A stretch of 64,000 bases of DNA from Candidatus Nomurabacteria bacterium (GCA_943356775.1 CALRFU010000001.1:7203-71202); one strand, 5' to 3'; positions 30,380 to 40,764 are shown, numbered from the stretch's first letter. The notes: generated from the letters alone by a model not told the origin. Program-made: numbers and translations.

Positions 30380-30970
30380 ATGATTGTCCTCGATGTGGAA
30401 GCGAGCGGTGTAGAAGCGAAGATTCACTCCATAGTGAGTATCGGCGCACTCGACATCGCGAACCCTACCAATCGCTTCTATATGGAATGCAAGGTATGGG
30501 ACGGAGCGCATATCATGGATGAAGCGCTCGGCGTGAATGGCTTTACGAGAGAGCAAATCACAGACGCTTCAAAGCCCTCGGAAGCCGACCTCACCCACGC
30601 CTTCTTGGCCTGGAGCGAGAGCGTGGAGGAGCGGACATTCGCGGGACAAAACGTATCCTTCGACCGGGACTTTTTGAAAGAAGCAGCGGAGCGCGCGGGG
30701 CATACCAACTGGCCGTTTGCACACCGCACATTCGATGTGCATACGATGGCCTACATGCATATGGTGCACAAAGGTCTCCAGCCGCCCGTCAAACACCATC
30801 GCTCCGCACTCAATCTGGACGCCGTACTCAATTATTGCGGCATACCCGAAGAGCCGTCGCCGCACAACGCTCTTACGGGAGCTCTGTCACACGCAGAGGT
30901 CATCGCACGTCTACTGTATGGGCGCAAGCTGCTCCCCGAGTTCATGCAGTTCGAGATACCTTGGAAGTAG
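30380..30970 (+). CDS. DEDD-family 3'-5' exonuclease domain protein
   Basis: IVLDVEASG (Exo I motif) and a downstream Hx4D-like segment. Start at internal Met. Confidence 0.55.
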   Translation: MIVLDVEASGVEAKIHSIVSIGALDIANPTNRFYMECKVWDGAHIMDEALGVNGFTREQITDASKPSEADLTHAFLAWSESVEERTFAGQNVSFDRDFLKEAAERAGHTNWPFAHRTFDVHTMAYMHMVHKGLQPPVKHHRSALNLDAVLNYCGIPEEPSPHNALTGALSHAEVIARLLYGRKLLPEFMQFEIPWK

Positions 30971-30991
30971 ACTGAAGTTCCACATAATCAT

Positions 30992-31486
30992 ATGCATACC
31001 CTCCGGAAAATCGGGATGTATCTTTCGCTCACTCTCATGTCCGTAGTCCACGCGGTGCGCTACTGGACCAATTTCAGCACCAACAGCATCCATGGCGTGC
31101 GCATCATCGTGGTGCAGGACCGCAAGGTAGTACTTGTCTCTCATTGGTATGCCCCATGGACGTGGACGCTTCCTGGCGGAGGGGTAAATAAAAATGAAAC
31201 CCCGGAAGATGCTGCGATACGCGAGACGCGCGAAGAAACAGGACTTATTGTGAAATCACTTGCGGGAGAAATTGGTATTTATAGGGGAACGTGGGGGAAG
31301 GGGGATATGGTAGCGGTGTATTACACGGGCGATTTCGAGGGCTCGCTCACGCTTACCCCGAATATTGAAATCATGGGACGCAGCTGGTTTGATATTGATA
31401 ATCTGCCGGAAGAAATTTCTCCGGCCAACCGCCGCCGCATCGAAGCGTATCGAGGTGGCGTGCGAGGGGAGACAGGGAAGTGGTAA
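30992..31486 (+). CDS. NUDIX hydrolase
   Basis: Nudix box LPGGGVNKNETPEDAAIRETREETGL. Confidence 0.8.
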   Translation: MHTLRKIGMYLSLTLMSVVHAVRYWTNFSTNSIHGVRIIVVQDRKVVLVSHWYAPWTWTLPGGGVNKNETPEDAAIRETREETGLIVKSLAGEIGIYRGTWGKGDMVAVYYTGDFEGSLTLTPNIEIMGRSWFDIDNLPEEISPANRRRIEAYRGGVRGETGKW

Positions 31487-31499
31487 TTTTTCAAACTTG

Positions 31500-31730
31500 T
31501 GGCGTAGTGTTGTAATACTTTGTTCTTCCTATTGGCACGTCGCACAATGTTTGTTTTGCGACGTATGGCTTAGTATAAAAAAGCGCCTGCCTAGACTCAG
31601 CTTCCGAGCATGAGCAAAGGCCTCGACTCCTGCCACCCCCGTGTCTCCCAGAGGCTTATAAGAGGTCGAAGTAGCCTCCTACTTAGCATTGGCTTGTAGG
31701 CACACGGAGAGGCGGTTAGGCCTTTTTTAC
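31500..31730 (+). ncRNA. Candidate structured non-coding RNA (unclassified)
   Basis: A 230-nt GC-rich spacer with several perfect hairpins (GAGGCT...AGCCTC and CCTAC...GTAGG). It ends in a weak stem plus T6 (GAGAGGCGGTTAGGCCTTTTTT) and has no credible ORF. Confidence 0.2.
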
Positions 31731-31744
31731 CATATACTCGCAAT

Positions 31745-32392
31745 ATGTACGCCGACAAGCTCAAACAACTATTCTCCCCTACCGAGAAGAAAATTTTTGC
31801 CAAACTCAACACCCCGCAAAAGATTCAAGATTATCTCGACACACTTCCGATAAATTACGAGCACAGCGGAGAGACCTACATGTCTCCGCGACGCATGATA
31901 CGGGCAAAGACCGCGCACTGTTTCGAGGCGGCTCTCTTTGCGGCTGCGGCATTTGCGTACCACGGCAAAAAGCCGTTGCTTATGGATTTGCGCACCGCTA
32001 TCCCCTACGAAGACCACGTGATTACCTTATTCCGTGTGAACGGATTGTGGGGAGCCATCAGCAAAACCAATCATGTAATATTGCGCTACCGCGATGCGGT
32101 ATATCGCTCGCCGCGCGAGCTCGCGATGTCGTACTTTCACGAATACGTCGAATCAGACGGCAAGAAATCATTGCGAGAATATTCGAGCCCGATTGACCTC
32201 GCCCGCTTTAAGCCCGAGCTCTGGGTGGCGGCGCAGGAAGACCTCTACTGGCTTGTCGAGGCGCTCGATACTGCGCGCCACTTCCCTATCGCACCCGACA
32301 AAAGTATGCAGACACTCCGGAAAGCATCAAAAATAGAGATGAAAGCTCTCGACCTCGAGGAGTGGCAATCTAAACAGACAAAAGGGCGCTAA
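31745..32392 (+). CDS. Transglutaminase-like cysteine-protease fold protein (hypothetical)
   Basis: AHCFEAALFAAAAF (Cys) and a downstream DHVITLF (His), spaced as in the transglutaminase-like core. Confidence 0.45.
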   Translation: MYADKLKQLFSPTEKKIFAKLNTPQKIQDYLDTLPINYEHSGETYMSPRRMIRAKTAHCFEAALFAAAAFAYHGKKPLLMDLRTAIPYEDHVITLFRVNGLWGAISKTNHVILRYRDAVYRSPRELAMSYFHEYVESDGKKSLREYSSPIDLARFKPELWVAAQEDLYWLVEALDTARHFPIAPDKSMQTLRKASKIEMKALDLEEWQSKQTKGR

Positions 32393-33687
32393 GGCAGGTA
32401 GGGCAAAGGGTTGAGGAAGCCTGCGGGAGGGGTAATCGGAATGAGGGCTCGGGCACAATTGGATACCCGGCCTGTCGCCTCCTGGAAGGTAATAATCTTG
32501 GTCACAGAGGTCACATAGACGCTTATGTGGAGGTGCGGACCTGTGGCATAGCCCGTCGCGCCGACGTTGCCGATTATTTGCCCGGTGGCTACCGCCTGAC
32601 CCGTGCTTACGCTGATTACCGAAAGGTGCCCGTACATCGTGGAGAGACCATTGGCATGCTTTATCATTATCCATTTTCCTGCCGAGTAGCAGCCGCGATA
32701 GGCGTCTGTGTTTCCCGTCCCGATAACGATGCCGGACAGCGCGGCTTTGACGGGCGTACCCGTTGGTGCGCCGAGGTCGATGCCGTTGTGACCTTTTCCG
32801 TTGTATGCCCCGCTCCTTGCAAAATCTGATTGCCCGAAGGTCTGTGTGAGGCGGATTTTTTCGAGCGGCCACTGGAGGATGCCCTTCTTTGCCGAAAGAA
32901 TTTGAGAAGGGTCCACGGCCTGGAGGAACTGCGCTTTTAGATTATTCAGCTCCGCTTCGGAAGCGGCCTTTCCCGCTATCTTTTGTGCGAGTATCTTTTG
33001 GTATGTTGATTCCTGTGATTTGGTCTCGGCAAGGAATTCGCTTTGCGTCTTCTTGGTGGCACTTAGAGAGCCTTGCTCTGCGAGGAGCGTCTTTTGTTGG
33101 GTAATTAATTCAGTCCGTTTTCCCTCGGTCTTTGCTTTGACTTCCGCGAGCGATTGCTTTTCGGCGGACAGTTTACGCATCTGTTCGGCGACCGCTTCCC
33201 GCAAGGTCGCATGCGAATCGAGGTCGCGCCATGCGGCTGCGAGGTCGTCGGAGGCGAGTATTTGCACGGCGAGCGACGATGCGTCGGATTCGTTCATCGT
33301 GCGGAACGATTGGGCAAGGCCGGCTGCATCAATATCAATGGAATCCTGCTTCACCGCTATCCCCTGCGCGAGCTGTTGTATCTGTAATTGTGTTGAGCTG
33401 ACCTTTCTCTTAGATACCGCCACCGAAGCCGTTGTTTTTTTGAGTGACAGATTGATTTCAGAAAGTGTATTTTGAAGTGTTTTCTTTTGAGTCCCTACGG
33501 CATTCAACTGCTTTTCGTATTCGACGATTTCTTTATCCAGTTGGGAAATTTGAGCGTTCTGGGCGTCGATGAGCGCTTGCACTTCCGCCGGTGTGCTCTC
33601 TGCACCGGATATAAGCGGATAGACCGCCAATGTACAAAACATCGCGGTAGCCACCAGGGTGGCTATTTTTTTCGTCGCGGCGTTCAT
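32389..33687 (-). CDS. M23 family metallopeptidase with N-terminal coiled-coil (EnvC-like)
   Basis: Signal peptide, a long coiled-coil, HNGIDLGAP and a second His motif GPHLHISVY. Confidence 0.8.
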   Translation of the reverse strand: MNAATKKIATLVATAMFCTLAVYPLISGAESTPAEVQALIDAQNAQISQLDKEIVEYEKQLNAVGTQKKTLQNTLSEINLSLKKTTASVAVSKRKVSSTQLQIQQLAQGIAVKQDSIDIDAAGLAQSFRTMNESDASSLAVQILASDDLAAAWRDLDSHATLREAVAEQMRKLSAEKQSLAEVKAKTEGKRTELITQQKTLLAEQGSLSATKKTQSEFLAETKSQESTYQKILAQKIAGKAASEAELNNLKAQFLQAVDPSQILSAKKGILQWPLEKIRLTQTFGQSDFARSGAYNGKGHNGIDLGAPTGTPVKAALSGIVIGTGNTDAYRGCYSAGKWIMIKHANGLSTMYGHLSVISVSTGQAVATGQIIGNVGATGYATGPHLHISVYVTSVTKIITFQEATGRVSNCARALIPITPPAGFLNPLPYLP

Positions 33688-35033
33688 ATTTTTGAAATCG
33701 CCAGGAGAGCGGCATCTATACGCCGGAGAGTCGCCTCTTTGCCGATGAGGTGTGCGACTTCAAAGGGATCCGGGCTGCGCTCGAGCCCTGTCAGAGAGTA
33801 GCGTAGAGGCCACAAAACGGCCCCACGGCCTTCTGTACCCGCGTACTCCCACACAGCAGCCTTTATGCGTTCAGGGTCGTCGTAAGTGTCTAGGGGGGCA
33901 GCGGTAAGGAATTGCTTCACACTTTCAAGATGACGTATGGTATCGGCTGTACTTACCTTGCCTTGCGGGATACGTGAAGAGTCCAGGCGGGGCTCGGCGA
34001 AGAAAAAATCATACTCACCCGCTTGTGCGTGCTCCCGGAGTTCTTCCCACACGGCTATGCGTTCGCGGGTGAGTGGGGCGAGTGAAGTCGCTGCCGCCTC
34101 GTTCCACGCGATGTCCCGCGCCCCCAAAGATGCTTTGAGGATGGCGTTGGATTCCGCCGCGAAGTCAGGGAGGGGCAAAGCCTGCAGATAGTGACGGTTG
34201 TACCAATTGAGCTTTTCTACATCGAAGACCGCGCCGCTTTTGTGAATGTCGGCAAGCTCAAATTCCCCTATCATTTCTTCGAGCGAAAGAATCTCCTTTC
34301 CCGAGGGAGCCGTCCAGCCAAGCGTTGCAAGGTAATTCAGAAGTGCGGGAGCGAGGTAGCCTTTTTCGCGGTAGGAGCGCACGGCGACGTCGCCTTTCCG
34401 TTTGGAGAGCTTGGATCGGTCGGCCGCCAGGTGGAGCGGGTAATGCGCATAGACGGGGCGCGGGAGTCCGAGCGCTTCCTGGATAAGTATCTGTCGCGGA
34501 GTGTTTGATATATGGTCTTCGCCGCGGATGACATGCGTGATGCCCATATCGCCGTCGTCGACGACGACCGCAAGGTGGTAAAGCGGGTCGTTTTCGGCGC
34601 GCGCAATCGCAAAATCCCCGAGCTCCGTCGTATCAAAGGTGATGTCGCCGCGTATCGTGTCGGTAAAGGTAATCTTCGTCCCCGGATTTTTGAGACGGAT
34701 TATTTTTACCATCACACTCGCGTCTTTTTTGCTCTCCTCGTCGGATATGTAGGCCTTGCCTTCCGCGATGAGCTTGTGAATAGCCGCGCGGTATATTTCG
34801 GTGCGCTCCGACTGACGGTAAAATTCATCCCAGGAGAGTCCGAGCCAGGTCAGATTGTCGGTGATATCTTCCTCGAATTCTTTGGTGCTGCGCTCCTTAT
34901 CGGTGTCTTCGCTCCGGAAGATGATGACGCCGCCGTGCTTTCGTGCAAACAGGTAATTCAAAACCGCCATGCGGGCGGTGCCGACGTGGCAAAAGCCCGT
35001 CGGGCTTGGCGGGAATCGTACGCGAATATTCAT
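33684..35033 (-). CDS. gltX: Glutamyl-tRNA synthetase
   Basis: RFPPSPTGFCHVGTARMAVLNYLFA (HIGH region) and a KLSKR (KMSKS) motif. Confidence 0.9.
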   Translation of the reverse strand: MNIRVRFPPSPTGFCHVGTARMAVLNYLFARKHGGVIIFRSEDTDKERSTKEFEEDITDNLTWLGLSWDEFYRQSERTEIYRAAIHKLIAEGKAYISDEESKKDASVMVKIIRLKNPGTKITFTDTIRGDITFDTTELGDFAIARAENDPLYHLAVVVDDGDMGITHVIRGEDHISNTPRQILIQEALGLPRPVYAHYPLHLAADRSKLSKRKGDVAVRSYREKGYLAPALLNYLATLGWTAPSGKEILSLEEMIGEFELADIHKSGAVFDVEKLNWYNRHYLQALPLPDFAAESNAILKASLGARDIAWNEAAATSLAPLTRERIAVWEELREHAQAGEYDFFFAEPRLDSSRIPQGKVSTADTIRHLESVKQFLTAAPLDTYDDPERIKAAVWEYAGTEGRGAVLWPLRYSLTGLERSPDPFEVAHLIGKEATLRRIDAALLAISKI

Positions 35034-36172
35034 ACGGGTTCGTGCGCAATCGCGGTCTCAAGGAGCGTCAAAGCGATTTTCCGTGCGGCATCGGGGCGTG
35101 CGAATGAACGTGCGGCTTCGGACATCTTTGTACGCAAAGCCTCGTCTCCTGCTATGCGTTGAATCTCTGCGACGAGGAGGTGCGGCGAAAGGTTGCGCTG
35201 CTCGATGACGACGGCTGCGCCCGACCGGGCGTATGAGAAGGCGTTTTCTGTCTGGTCGTGAGAGACGTCTTCCGGTATCGGCACGAGTATGGAAGGCAGT
35301 CCCCAATTGGCTATTTCAAAAATGGTGCCCGAACCGGCACGGGCGACGAGCAGAGTTGTGATGCCTGCGGTCATACGCAAGGCGAGTGTATTAAGAAGGC
35401 CGAAGACTTTGTATCGCTCGGCGAAGCGAGAATCCTTGAGAATCACAGAGGCGATACCGGCCGTCTCGGTAAGATTGGCGGTGCCTACCTGGTGTACGAC
35501 ATTGAATTCGGAGAGGAGTGCGGGAAGAGCGTCGAGTATGACCTGATTGATGGACACCGCGCCTTGTGAACCGCCCATGATAAAGACGGTCGGGACAGAG
35601 GCATCGAGTTTCAGGAATTCGTGCCCGCCTTCTTTTGCGGGCTGAATTATTTCTTTGCGTACCGGGTGGCCGACCGCGGCGATTCTGTCGCGGACCTTTG
35701 CGGGAAATTTCGCAGCGGCGGTCGAGTGTGCGACGGCTATCCACTGTGCGAATTTCGACGACCACAGAGACACGCGTCCCGGGGAGGCGTCGGCATCGTA
35801 AATGATGACGGGTATGCTCAAAATCCGCGCGGCAAAGAGTGTCGGGAATGCGGCGTATCCGCCGGTAGAGAAAACCACATCGGGATACAAGCGGAAGAGC
35901 TGCGTTGTGGAGCGTACGATGCCCACGGCATTGCTGAATACACTCAACACATTGAGGATACTGCGGTACCGGCGGACCTTTCCTGCGGTACCGGGCAGGT
36001 ACGTGATGTCGTGCTCGAGCAGGGCTTCGGCATCGAAGGCTGGCGGGCCGATGTAAAAGAGTTCGGGCTCGATGAGCGTGCGTTCAAGGCACACATCCTC
36101 TATGGCTTCCGCGACCGCGATGAGCGGATAAAAGTGTCCGCCCGTTCCTCCCCCGACTAACACAATACGCAT
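35030..36172 (-). CDS. murG: UDP-GlcNAc:undecaprenyl-PP-MurNAc-pentapeptide GlcNAc transferase
   Basis: MRIVLVGGGTGGHFYPLIAVAEAI and a C-terminal GGSQGA. Confidence 0.9.
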   Translation of the reverse strand: MRIVLVGGGTGGHFYPLIAVAEAIEDVCLERTLIEPELFYIGPPAFDAEALLEHDITYLPGTAGKVRRYRSILNVLSVFSNAVGIVRSTTQLFRLYPDVVFSTGGYAAFPTLFAARILSIPVIIYDADASPGRVSLWSSKFAQWIAVAHSTAAAKFPAKVRDRIAAVGHPVRKEIIQPAKEGGHEFLKLDASVPTVFIMGGSQGAVSINQVILDALPALLSEFNVVHQVGTANLTETAGIASVILKDSRFAERYKVFGLLNTLALRMTAGITTLLVARAGSGTIFEIANWGLPSILVPIPEDVSHDQTENAFSYARSGAAVVIEQRNLSPHLLVAEIQRIAGDEALRTKMSEAARSFARPDAARKIALTLLETAIAHEPV

Positions 36173-36211
36173 CGCTCTATTCTATCGTTCTCTCACACAA
36201 TCACAAACGGG

Positions 36212-37306
36212 CTATGTGCGACGGGACTTTGAAATGTTGAGCAAAATTCCCGCGCTTGCGAGCGATATAAGCATCGCGCTCCCCCCCTGGCTGACAAATG
36301 TAAGTGGTACTCCCGTGAGAGGTGCCAAGCCCATTGCAGCCGCGATGTTAATGAAGGCCTCCCCCGCTAGGTAGGTCGAAATGCCCACAGCGAGTAACCC
36401 CCCAAACATATCGGTCGTACGGGCCGCGACGACGTATCCCCGCAGCGCAAGACTCAAAAATAAAAGGACAATGACTGTCGAGCCGATGAACCCGAGTTCT
36501 TCTCCCGCTACCGCGAATATAGAATCTCCCATCGGTTCCGGGAGGTACGTGAACTTCTGCACGCTTTGTCCGTAGCCGCGTCCGAAGAATTGTCCCGAAC
36601 CTATCGCCATGAGTGACTGAGATATCTGATACCCTTCGGCAAGTTGATTTTCGGCGGGATAAAAGAAGGTCACGATGCGCTCTTTTACGTGCGGCTTGGT
36701 ATACGCGAGCGCGCCGAGAGAGAGAAGCGCGATGCAGATAATGATGGCAATGTCGCGGGCCCGCGCGCCCGCTGCGAAGAAAACGCCGAGTACGCTCATA
36801 CAAATGATACCGAGGGTGCCGATATCAGGTTGTATGACGAGGAGAATAATAGGTGCCGCGAGTATCGCGACGAGGCCGCCCACACCCCAGGTGAAAGTCT
36901 CGGATTTTGCACGAATGGTCGAGTAATATGCAGCTGCAATCATGATAGCGGCGATCTTGAGGAATTCAGACGGTTGGAAGGAAACCCCGAAGATGACTAT
37001 CCACCTTTGTCCCCCGCCGTGGGCGAATCCCAGATTCGGCACAAAGACGAGAAGCATTCCCACAATCGCTAATCCGAAAATATACGGCGCGAATTTCCGC
37101 CAATGCCGGTAATTACTATTGAGAGTAATGAGGAGGAGAACAACCCCGCCGCCGACACCCAATACCAAGTGACTGAAAGCTACAGAGGTGATACCGGAAA
37201 ACCCGCGGCCAAGGATGCCGAACGCGGCCGAGACGAATATCATGCAGCCTCCTAAAACAAGCGATGCGATGAGAAAAGCGAGCGGTTTGTCGATGTGCTG
37301 TTTCAT
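36212..37306 (-). CDS. ftsW: SEDS-family peptidoglycan glycosyltransferase (FtsW/RodA)
   Basis: 10-TM SEDS topology with conserved FQPSEF.K and PEP.GDSIFAV blocks. Confidence 0.85.
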   Translation of the reverse strand: MKQHIDKPLAFLIASLVLGGCMIFVSAAFGILGRGFSGITSVAFSHLVLGVGGGVVLLLITLNSNYRHWRKFAPYIFGLAIVGMLLVFVPNLGFAHGGGQRWIVIFGVSFQPSEFLKIAAIMIAAAYYSTIRAKSETFTWGVGGLVAILAAPIILLVIQPDIGTLGIICMSVLGVFFAAGARARDIAIIICIALLSLGALAYTKPHVKERIVTFFYPAENQLAEGYQISQSLMAIGSGQFFGRGYGQSVQKFTYLPEPMGDSIFAVAGEELGFIGSTVIVLLFLSLALRGYVVAARTTDMFGGLLAVGISTYLAGEAFINIAAAMGLAPLTGVPLTFVSQGGSAMLISLASAGILLNISKSRRT

Positions 37307-38367
37307 CGTACGGGCAATGCGGAGAGCGCAAAGATGACTCCTGCGAACGCAAGGACTATGGAGAGCACCCAGTACCGCATGACCACCTTCTGTCCCGGCC
37401 AGCCGATTGCCTCAAAGTGGTGGTGCAAGGGCGCGATGCGTAAAAGCTTGCGACCGAAGAATTTCTTTGAAATGACCTGCGCCACGTCGGAGAGAACGGT
37501 GATAACGAGGAGTCCTCCGATGAGGGGCAATACCGATATGCCCACTCCTCCTCCGAGATGGTCTGTCATGAATGCGACGGTTCCGATGGTCAGTGTCAGC
37601 CCCATGGTACCGGTGTCGCTCATGTAAAACCGTGCGGGAGGAATATTGAACCACAAGAATGCGAGCAGTCCTCCCACGACACAGGCGGTAAATGCCGCGA
37701 GATCTATCTGATTTTGCGAGAACGCAATGATGGTATACGAGGCGAATATCGAACCGAATACTCCGCCCGAGAGGCCGTCGATGCCGTCGATGACACCCGA
37801 AGCGTAGAGCGCGAGTGACACAAGGACAAAGAGCGGAATAATGAGCCATCCGATTTCCAGCGGACCCGAATGCGGAATGTTGACTGCCGTTATCGCAAGC
37901 TTCTCCCAAAACCACCATCCGATGAAAGAGGACAGGACGATGACAATCGTAATACGGTGACGCAGACGCAAGCCCTCTCCGTTTTCGCGGATTACCATAA
38001 GGTCGTCAATCAGTCCGACGAAAGCTCCGGCGAGCAGTGTCGCAAAAGGAAGCCATGTCTGGTTGCGGCTCAAAAAATTAATGCTTTCAAATACGGGGAA
38101 GAGCTGCGCGAGTCCCGCAAGGCCGAAGATGGTGAGGAGGACGCTTCCCCATATGACGATTCCTCCCATGCGCGGGGCGCGTACTTCATTCAGGTTGTGA
38201 AGCCGGTTAAATTCATGTGCGGTCTCTCCGTCGTAGGCGATTTTGCCCGGCCGCTTTTTCCAGGCTTTGAACTTGTACAGGTAGTGTGTGACGAGCGGAG
38301 TGATTGCCATCCCCACGAGGAATGCGATGGCTGCGGGAAGGAGTATGTGAACGAGAGGCGGGAGCAT
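37303..38367 (-). CDS. mraY: Phospho-N-acetylmuramoyl-pentapeptide transferase
   Basis: DDLMVI, GLIDD (as VIDGIDGLSGG) and the HHHFE motif. Confidence 0.9.
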   Translation of the reverse strand: MLPPLVHILLPAAIAFLVGMAITPLVTHYLYKFKAWKKRPGKIAYDGETAHEFNRLHNLNEVRAPRMGGIVIWGSVLLTIFGLAGLAQLFPVFESINFLSRNQTWLPFATLLAGAFVGLIDDLMVIRENGEGLRLRHRITIVIVLSSFIGWWFWEKLAITAVNIPHSGPLEIGWLIIPLFVLVSLALYASGVIDGIDGLSGGVFGSIFASYTIIAFSQNQIDLAAFTACVVGGLLAFLWFNIPPARFYMSDTGTMGLTLTIGTVAFMTDHLGGGVGISVLPLIGGLLVITVLSDVAQVISKKFFGRKLLRIAPLHHHFEAIGWPGQKVVMRYWVLSIVLAFAGVIFALSALPVR

Positions 38368-38402
38368 ACGATGATTGTACTACGTTGATTTTCCGCCTGT
38401 AT

Positions 38403-39479
38403 CTATTGCCCCGCAGAGATGGCGGCTACTGTGGCGGCCACGATTTTTTTCATGTCTTCAAAACGACCGTCTTTGGTGGAGCGCAATATTACGGCGACGA
38501 TGGGACGCGCGGGCCCCACTTCAAAGACGATGGCGAGGTTGCCTCCCGCGAGCGCCGTGTAGCCGGTTTTTCCCATGATGAGTCCCGGTATCGCGGGCAA
38601 TGCTTCGTCGGTATTCGTCGCGGTCACGGTCTCGCCGGTTGCCGCCCGTATTTTGATGGTATTCCGGGAAGTCTGTCCGAAGGTAGCGGGAGCGGTCTGC
38701 GAAGCGTATGCGAAGAGAGCCGCCACATCATGAGCAGAACCGAAGGCGCCTGCCCGAGTGTCGCTCTGGTCGAGGCCGTGCGTATTGAGGAATACCATGT
38801 CGCTGAGTCCCAGGTTTTTTGCAATATCATTCATACGCCACAAAACGGCGCTCCCCGGCGTTGCGAGTGGGTACTTAATCCGGAGAGCATCTTCGGCCGC
38901 TTCCGCGAGGATGGCAGCTCCTTCGTTTGAAGAAGCGGCAAGGGTGAAGCCGATGAGGTCTTGTGCCGTGAAGCGCAGCCCCGCCGGAAGACGGATTCCG
39001 GCACCGTCGGGCGGTGTATGCGGCGGTATCGTTATGTCCGCACCGGAATCCAGTCCTTCAGAGGCGGCGAGTACGAGCGGCACCTTGGTGAGTGAGGCGA
39101 GGGGTAATTGCGCGCTGGCATTTTTGGAATATAAAACGCGGTTTGTCGTCAGGTCGAGTACGTACGCGCCTTCCGCCAGGAGCGATATCGAATCAAAAAA
39201 GTTTTCGGCCGTTGCAGCGGCGGCTTTCTGAGAGGCCGCGGAGGCTATTTTGCCTCCCGGAGACAGGTATGCGACGGTGAAGGATGCGCTCGCAAAGAAT
39301 AAGAGGGTAAGAGTCGCCACACCGGAAAGGTATTGCAGTGAACTGCGATACCCCTCCGCGTGCTCGGGCAGAAGCAGGAGCGGTGGTGCGGGCTGCGGTT
39401 CCACCGGAACGGCGAGCAGGGGCTCTGATGCATTCGGCGTGTAGGATATTTCGCTTTGTGCAAGAGGTTCACCTGTCAT
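38403..39479 (-). CDS. D-alanyl-D-alanine carboxypeptidase (S11, PBP5/6-like)
   Basis: N-terminal anchor, SxxK as ASLTK, SxN as SSN, and KTG as GKTGYT. Confidence 0.7.
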   Translation of the reverse strand: MTGEPLAQSEISYTPNASEPLLAVPVEPQPAPPLLLLPEHAEGYRSSLQYLSGVATLTLLFFASASFTVAYLSPGGKIASAASQKAAAATAENFFDSISLLAEGAYVLDLTTNRVLYSKNASAQLPLASLTKVPLVLAASEGLDSGADITIPPHTPPDGAGIRLPAGLRFTAQDLIGFTLAASSNEGAAILAEAAEDALRIKYPLATPGSAVLWRMNDIAKNLGLSDMVFLNTHGLDQSDTRAGAFGSAHDVAALFAYASQTAPATFGQTSRNTIKIRAATGETVTATNTDEALPAIPGLIMGKTGYTALAGGNLAIVFEVGPARPIVAVILRSTKDGRFEDMKKIVAATVAAISAGQ

Positions 39480-40033
39480 ACGTGCGTATCGGAAGGAGTT
39501 TCTGTGGGCTGCGCTTCGAAGGCAGTAAGTTCGGCGACGATTTCGGTATGATTCGGGAGCTCTGTTCTGTCGCGTACACCGAGGTGCGAGAGCAGCTCAA
39601 CGGTCGGCCGGTACAAATATTCGCGCCCGTCCTCCGGATTGCCGGTGCGCTCCAGAAGTCCGCGTGCGAGGAGGTTGCGGATGCTTGAGCTGGTGTTTAC
39701 TCCGCGGATGTAATCAATCTGCGCGCGCGTCGAGGGCCCTCGGTAGAGGACGATGGCGAGTACTTCAAGACCCGCATCCCCTATCTCGTGCCCCAGTTCG
39801 CGCTCGTACGCTTTTTGGATAGCGGGAGAGGTTTCTTTTGCGACCGCGAGTGAGACTTCGGCATCTGTCTTGATGAGTGCGAGTCCTGTGCCCTCCAGCC
39901 GTGCGGAGAGTGAGGTGAGCGCTTCCTGCAGTTGCGGCTCCTGTACCTCCAAGAGTTGTGCGAGTTTACGGAGTGTTAATGTCCCTCCCTCGCTAAAGAG
40001 AAATGATTCTGCGCGTGCTGATAGGGTATCCAT
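39476..40033 (-). CDS. scpB: Segregation and condensation protein B
   Basis: Tandem winged-helix, ESFLFSEGGTLTLRKLAQLL. Adjacent to scpA. Confidence 0.8.
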   Translation of the reverse strand: MDTLSARAESFLFSEGGTLTLRKLAQLLEVQEPQLQEALTSLSARLEGTGLALIKTDAEVSLAVAKETSPAIQKAYERELGHEIGDAGLEVLAIVLYRGPSTRAQIDYIRGVNTSSSIRNLLARGLLERTGNPEDGREYLYRPTVELLSHLGVRDRTELPNHTEIVAELTAFEAQPTETPSDTHV

Positions 40034-40035
40034 AT

Positions 40036-40764
40036 TTATGTTCCGTAGCGCGGAGCGGCTACGTTTTCCAATTCAATAGTGATATCTTCAAAAAGGCGTT
40101 CCTGGGTGACGCTCGCACTTCCCGAGCGCACGAGCTCGAGCATCGCGAGAAAGTAGACGATTGTCTCGCTTCGGTCACGCGATTTTGTGAGCTCACGGAA
40201 GCTTGCGCGGATTGCGGTCAAGAGGCGGGCACGGACGCTCTGCATCACATCTTCAAGCGCCAGTACGGGGGCTACTGCCGCTTGAGCTATTGCTTCAGGC
40301 TTTGGCAAGATGCTGACGAGGCGCGCCGCGGCAGCCGCAATCGTCGCGAGCGCGGAGTTGGCGGGGCTGAATATAGGTGCGCGCAACGGAGTCCGGTGAG
40401 CAAGCAGGAGCGGGCTCTTGCCCCACGAACCGCGGAGGAGTTTGGCGACTTTACGTATCAAGGCATACCGCGCGAGACGCTGCTCGAGCTCCTGCACGCT
40501 TTCGCGTTCGTCTGTCGAAAGTTCGAGCGTGGGGAGGAGCGCGCGGGATTTAATAAGCAAAAGGGTGGAGGCGACGAGAATAAATTGTGCCGTTTCTCCG
40601 AGCGGGAGCTCTGGCAACTTTTCGACATAGGCGAGGTATGCATCCGTGACTTCGGCGAGAGAGATGTCGGAAATCGACATTTTCCTCTCTTCAATCAGGT
40701 TGAGGAGCGTTTCCAGTGGTCCTTCAAACGCTTCAGTGCTCAACGCGAACCTTTCATTGTCCAT
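40036..40764 (-). CDS. scpA: Segregation and condensation protein A
   Basis: FEGPLETLLNLIEERKMSISDISLAEVTDAY. Confidence 0.8.
   Translation of the reverse strand: MDNERFALSTEAFEGPLETLLNLIEERKMSISDISLAEVTDAYLAYVEKLPELPLGETAQFILVASTLLLIKSRALLPTLELSTDERESVQELEQRLARYALIRKVAKLLRGSWGKSPLLLAHRTPLRAPIFSPANSALATIAAAAARLVSILPKPEAIAQAAVAPVLALEDVMQSVRARLLTAIRASFRELTKSRDRSETIVYFLAMLELVRSGSASVTQERLFEDITIELENVAAPRYGT

Noticed and set aside
29965-30380. I expected rplU (L21) upstream of rpmA.
   Set aside because: No L21-like ORF is present on the minus strand. The space is occupied by a plus-strand small membrane protein, so rplU must be elsewhere. This is an absence, not a feature.
31597-31812. The 71-aa minus-strand ORF in the NUDIX-to-transglutaminase spacer.
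   Set aside because: It overlaps the start of the downstream plus-strand gene and has no motifs. The region is better explained as structured RNA or a regulatory spacer.
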